Assembly (NCBI GenBank): GCA_963693365.1 | Contig: CAVNZM010000006.1 | Location: 1,426,001 to 1,490,000, forward strand | DNA from: Amoebidium appalachense | Taxonomy: Eukaryota > Protista > Ichthyosporea | DNA length: 64,000 nucleotides | Direction: 5' to 3' | Shown: in pieces, positions 59,972 to 64,000 of the stretch | Numbering within the stretch: position 1 is the first letter of the stretch | Layout of the letters: each line of letters starts with the position of its first letter | Translations under genes and position numbers: made by a program | Notes under the pieces: generated by a model | The model's input: the letters and a program-made list of their open reading frames with translations, nothing else | Told to the model about the DNA's origin: nothing | Databases searched by the model: none

Positions 59972-61173
59972 ATGAAGAAGGCAGAGGGGGAGACTGAACA
60001 ACCAGATGTCTCGGAAAAGAAAAGGTGTGCACTGCAAGCGAGCAATAGCAAGAAGACACCAGTACTTGCATCATGCGTTTGACAGGCACACTTGACACGA
60101 CCTGTAACGGGACATTTTCGTGATGTGTTTATAAGGAGGCAACTTTGGGCATCTCCTTTTGCAATAAAGCAATCGTCCTCCCTTCGATTTTTCAGTGTCA
60201 TAATCCACCTAGCCCACTCACAGAAGCTTGTTTCTCTACTTGCCACTCTCACCCTTGTCTCTCTCTCCCTCTCTCTCCTTTTCTCTGTCCTTCTCTGTCT
60301 GCTCCTCTGTCCCTGTCCCTGTCCCTTTCCTCATTTTTCTCCTCCTTATCAGCCAATCAGGCTCCGCCCACCTCAACCTACCAAGATCTGTTCTTTTCTC
60401 CCTTATGCCCGCTCCCTCCACCTGTCTTCTTCCATTTTCTAATCTTCCATCTCCCTCCCTCCATCTCTCTTTCCCTTTTCCTCCTGCTGTCGTCCAACCT
60501 TGTACACAACCCTGAATGCTTTTCTTGCTGCTTTCTTGTGCCTGCAACTGTCTCTTTTCCCCTTCCTCACTCACCCATTTCCTTTCTGCCTCTCACCTTC
60601 TGGACAACACATTATTTGTCTGTGACCGTTGCTCTCTCGGCAGTCGAATGTTAAAATTTTTGCCTGACTTGTATTTTGCTTGTCTCTGCACAAGCATCTT
60701 CTTTTGCAATATTGACACCACCTGTCTCGTGTGCCCTCGCCAGCACTGCGCATCTCCTCCGCGCTCGATTCTAAGCACTAGCATTCATTACATAGGGTTT
60801 GACAGCGATCCTTTTGGGTGAGCAGCTCTTACAATTGTGCAGTTTCATTAACACCTATAATAACAGCATGCAAGCACCCGCCAACACCCCATCTGGACGG
60901 GGGAGGCGCCGCTTTAAAGAGGATGCTGTAACCGGGGCATCTTCCGAATCATTCGCTAGACGCTCTAGGCGACTGAGCAAAGGAAGTGTCGAGGGGGGTG
61001 CAGAAGACAACGGCCCACCAACCACCATTGAGCCAGGCAGCAACACGGGGTCTGGGGGCAGACGGGGCAACAAGAGACAGTAAGCCCATCTGTGTGTCGT
61101 GTGCTATGTCCAGAAATGGCTTCACCTTGCATAATTTTATTTTTTTTTCCCTTCCTTCCCCCCCCCCCCCCCA

Positions 61174-61210
<37 letters not shown>

Positions 61211-61217
61211 AAATGAA

Positions 61218-61249
<32 letters not shown>

Positions 61250-61606
61250 CAATAACAATAACAATAAAGTAATAAATAAATAAAAGGAGAAAAGAGAAGA
61301 GAAGAAAGACGCAGAAAAGAAAAGGGTAAAGGAAGCATAGGATAAAGTGTAGTTTTTCCTTATTTATTGTTTTTTTCTTCTTTTATCGTTCTTTCTTTCT
61401 TTTTTTTTTTGTGAGGGGGGGAGTGAACGTAGTCGTGTATCCTCATTCTCTCTCTCTCTCTCTCTCTCCCCCCCCCCCTCCCTCCCTCCCTCCCTCCCTC
61501 CCTCCCTCCCTCCCTCCCTCCCTCCCTCCCTCCCTCCCTCCCTCCCTCCCTCCCTCCCTTCCCCTCCCTCCCTCCCTCCCTCCCTCCCTCCCTCCCTCCC
61601 TCCATC

Positions 61607-61704
<98 letters not shown>

Positions 61705-62493
61705 TCTCTCTCTCGTCCTCCTCCTCCTCCTCCTCCTCCCCACCCACCTCTTTCTCCCCCCCTCCCCCCCCCCCCATCTCTCTCTCTTTCTTCTCTCCCC
61801 CCCCCTTCGTACCATGTTCCGCATTCAAACCCCCCAAGTCTTCTTTCAGAGGTGTCCTTTAAGGACAGACCACTGTGTGGAGACCGCTTTACTTCCATGC
61901 AACCGGGCATGGTTGCTCTGTGTCGTGCATCTGTAAGCACATACACATTTTTCGCTGCACTGCATTAGTTTGCACACACATCTTCACCGTTTTGCTCACC
62001 TTGCTTGCATAAGCAACCCTGCTCGTCTTTAATCAAGACGGGTTGACCCTCCCAAGTTCAGTTGATGCTGCTGTCTGAGTTGGAGAGTCGTATGTACGCG
62101 GGCTAAGGGTTCGAAACTCAGACGCAATTGATGAGTTGGGCCCTTCCTGAGGATGGGCTCTGCTTATGACCCATACTGTGCGCATGGATGATGTTGCATA
62201 CTTGAATGTTTGCCTTTGTATGTGTCCTGCACCATGCTTCTCATCGTGTATGCGTACTTCGTACCGTGTTCCGCATTCAAATCCCCCCCTCTCCCCCTCC
62301 CCCCCCCCCCCCCCCCTCTCCCCCCCGTCTCTTCTCCCCCCTCTTTCTCTCTCTTTCTCTCTCTCACTTTCTCTCCGCGCCATCTACCTCCCTCTCCCTC
62401 TCCCTCTCTCTCTCTCTCTTTGCCCCCCCCCCCTCTCTCCCTCCCCCTCTCCCCCCCCCCCCCCCCCCCCCCCCGCCCCTCCAACCCTCTATC

Positions 62494-62532
<39 letters not shown>

Positions 62533-63639
62533 ACCTCTAGCAGCCATACATTTCTAAAGCTATAATAAGCTTATATCGTTCTATAGCAACGAGAATATAT
62601 GGATGGAAAAGGCTCATAATTCTTTCCACCTCCAGCCTGCCACTTCATTTATCAATTCCTTTCTTTTCCACTTCCAGCCTGCCACCTTTATCAGGTGTTG
62701 TTTTCTTTTTCACTTCCAGCCTGCCATTTTTTATCATGAACACAGTTTTAACCAGATCAGCGCGTGACCAATGTCATATTGTCCAATATCTCATGTCTGC
62801 ATATTTCCTGAATATTATTACTGATGTGTGCTACAGGGCCCAGACACCCGAATCATCCGGGAGCAAGAGAGGAAAACGGTCAAAGGTGAAAGAGGAGGTC
62901 CAGAAACCAGCACCCGAGCCAGAAAATGTCGGTGAGGATGCGATAGAAAATTCTGCCGAACAAGATTCAAAGGAGGAAAACAAGTTGGTGGATGGCATTG
63001 CCCAAAACGTAAACGAATCGAAAGAAGCAAACGAGAGCAAAGACGGTGAAAATAGTGGGAACGTGGGTGAAATCGAAGGGAAGGTGGAGGCGGGGAAGGG
63101 TGGAAACCTTGCGGGTGGCAGTGAGCAAATGGAAACGGACGAGCCGCAAAATAATGCAGATTCAGTAGGTACCGGTAAAGATGCGGACAAAAAACCAGAA
63201 AATGATGCAGTGGACACCTCAGAGGGCGCAGAGGATGCGGAGTTGGGGCAGGAAGCAAAGGAGGCTCAAGAAGAGAAAGGACAGGAGGAAAAGACGGATA
63301 GAATGCAAACGGAAGAAGAGAAAAAGGATGAGGGGGAAGGAGAAGGGAAAGAGGGTAAGGTAGAGGAAAAGGAGAAAGAGAACAAGGAGCAGGAGAAAGA
63401 AGACACGGTAGAAGGAGGGGCCAAAGAAAACGAAAACGCCGGGGATGGTGGTGAGGGAGACGGGAATGAAACGGAGGGGATGGAGGGAGATGGAAAGAAC
63501 GAAGAAAGCGAAGACAACTCCGAGGAGGAGGAGGAAGAGAAAGAGGATGGAGAGGGGGAGGAAGGGAACGGGCAGGATGGTGCCGACAATCCGTTTCAGG
63601 CCCTGCTGGGTCGGTTTGTGGGCCGCTACGGACGACCCG
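59972..63639 (+). CDS. 5' part of a protein with long acidic/disordered N-terminus (continues beyond window); tentatively TRIP12/UPL3/Ufd4-like HECT ligase
   Basis: Phase-compatible exons 59972-60024, 60867-61079, 62837-63639. Glu/Lys/Gly-rich sequence ending ..EEEEE..DNPFQALLGRF, reminiscent of the acidic + LQALL segment before the ARM repeats of TRIP12/UPL3; the family call is weak. Confidence 0.7.
61805..62281 (+). mobile_element. Full unit (452 bp) of the dispersed element with 25-bp terminal redundancy
   Basis: cttcgtacc(a/g)tgttccgcattcaaa at 61805-61829 and 62257-62281; flanked by C-rich tracts; intronic. Confidence 0.9.
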
Positions 63640-63878
63640 GTATGTTGTGTTACTGCGGAGTGTGCATGGCAATGCATGCTGATTGGTTGACGACTTGTGG
63701 CGTGGGGTTGGGTTGTTAGGTGTGTTGGGTTGCCTGAAACTGTGTTTCTGGGTTGGGAGCTAGGGTATTCGGATCTATACTGTTGTGGGGTCATGTATGT
63801 GCATGGGGTCCAAATGTGTTAAATGTGGTTCTGTGTTTTTGTGTGGTTGTGTGTGATGGTGGTGGTGGTGGTGGTGGT

Positions 63879-64000
<122 letters not shown>

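Noticed and set aside
59547-60252. Minus-strand ORFs of 183 and 140 aa
   Set aside because: No recognisable domain; they overlap the probable promoter and first exon of the plus-strand gene starting at 59972.
62062-62126. tRNA/SINE-like A and B boxes (tgtctgagttgg...ggttcgaaac) in the dispersed element
   Set aside because: No cloverleaf can be drawn; the B-box match is good in only one copy (others read gggtcgaaac) and lies mid-unit rather than at a 5' end.
62624-62730. Three copies of ttccac(c/t)tccagcctgcca as a CRISPR-like array
   Set aside because: Only three short copies with similar spacers inside a eukaryotic intron; an ordinary minisatellite with no cas genes.

Overview
Eukaryotic, intron-rich genomic DNA. 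A unicellular opisthokont/holozoan-like source is inferred from gene content and is not proven. Introns and intergenic DNA are saturated with (CA)n/(GA)n microsatellites and poly-C/poly-G tracts, so most ORF-track entries are spurious. Five spliced genes were reconstructed by hand: (1) a minus-strand EGF-repeat surface protein with a bacterial-type SdrD-B/Cna-B-like domain and in-frame TGA codons in its last exons; (2) a PAP2/lipid-phosphate-phosphatase-family membrane protein whose three catalytic motifs are all degenerate; (3) a DNAJB6-like J-protein with a long Gln-rich tail; (4) a ~33-exon long-tailed class I myosin (motor-IQ-TH1-GPA-SH3); (5) the 5' part of an acidic, disordered protein running off the window. 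The most unusual feature is a dispersed ~450-nt non-coding element. It occurs as circularly permuted, more-than-unit-length copies embedded in poly-C tracts, is extensively self-complementary with G-U-type pairs, and carries hammerhead-like core motifs, making it a candidate circular-RNA-derived (retrozyme/retroviroid-like) element. Also present are a ~1.4-kb foldback element and a near-perfect 230-bp hairpin. Exon coordinates were read by eye and may be off by a few bases.
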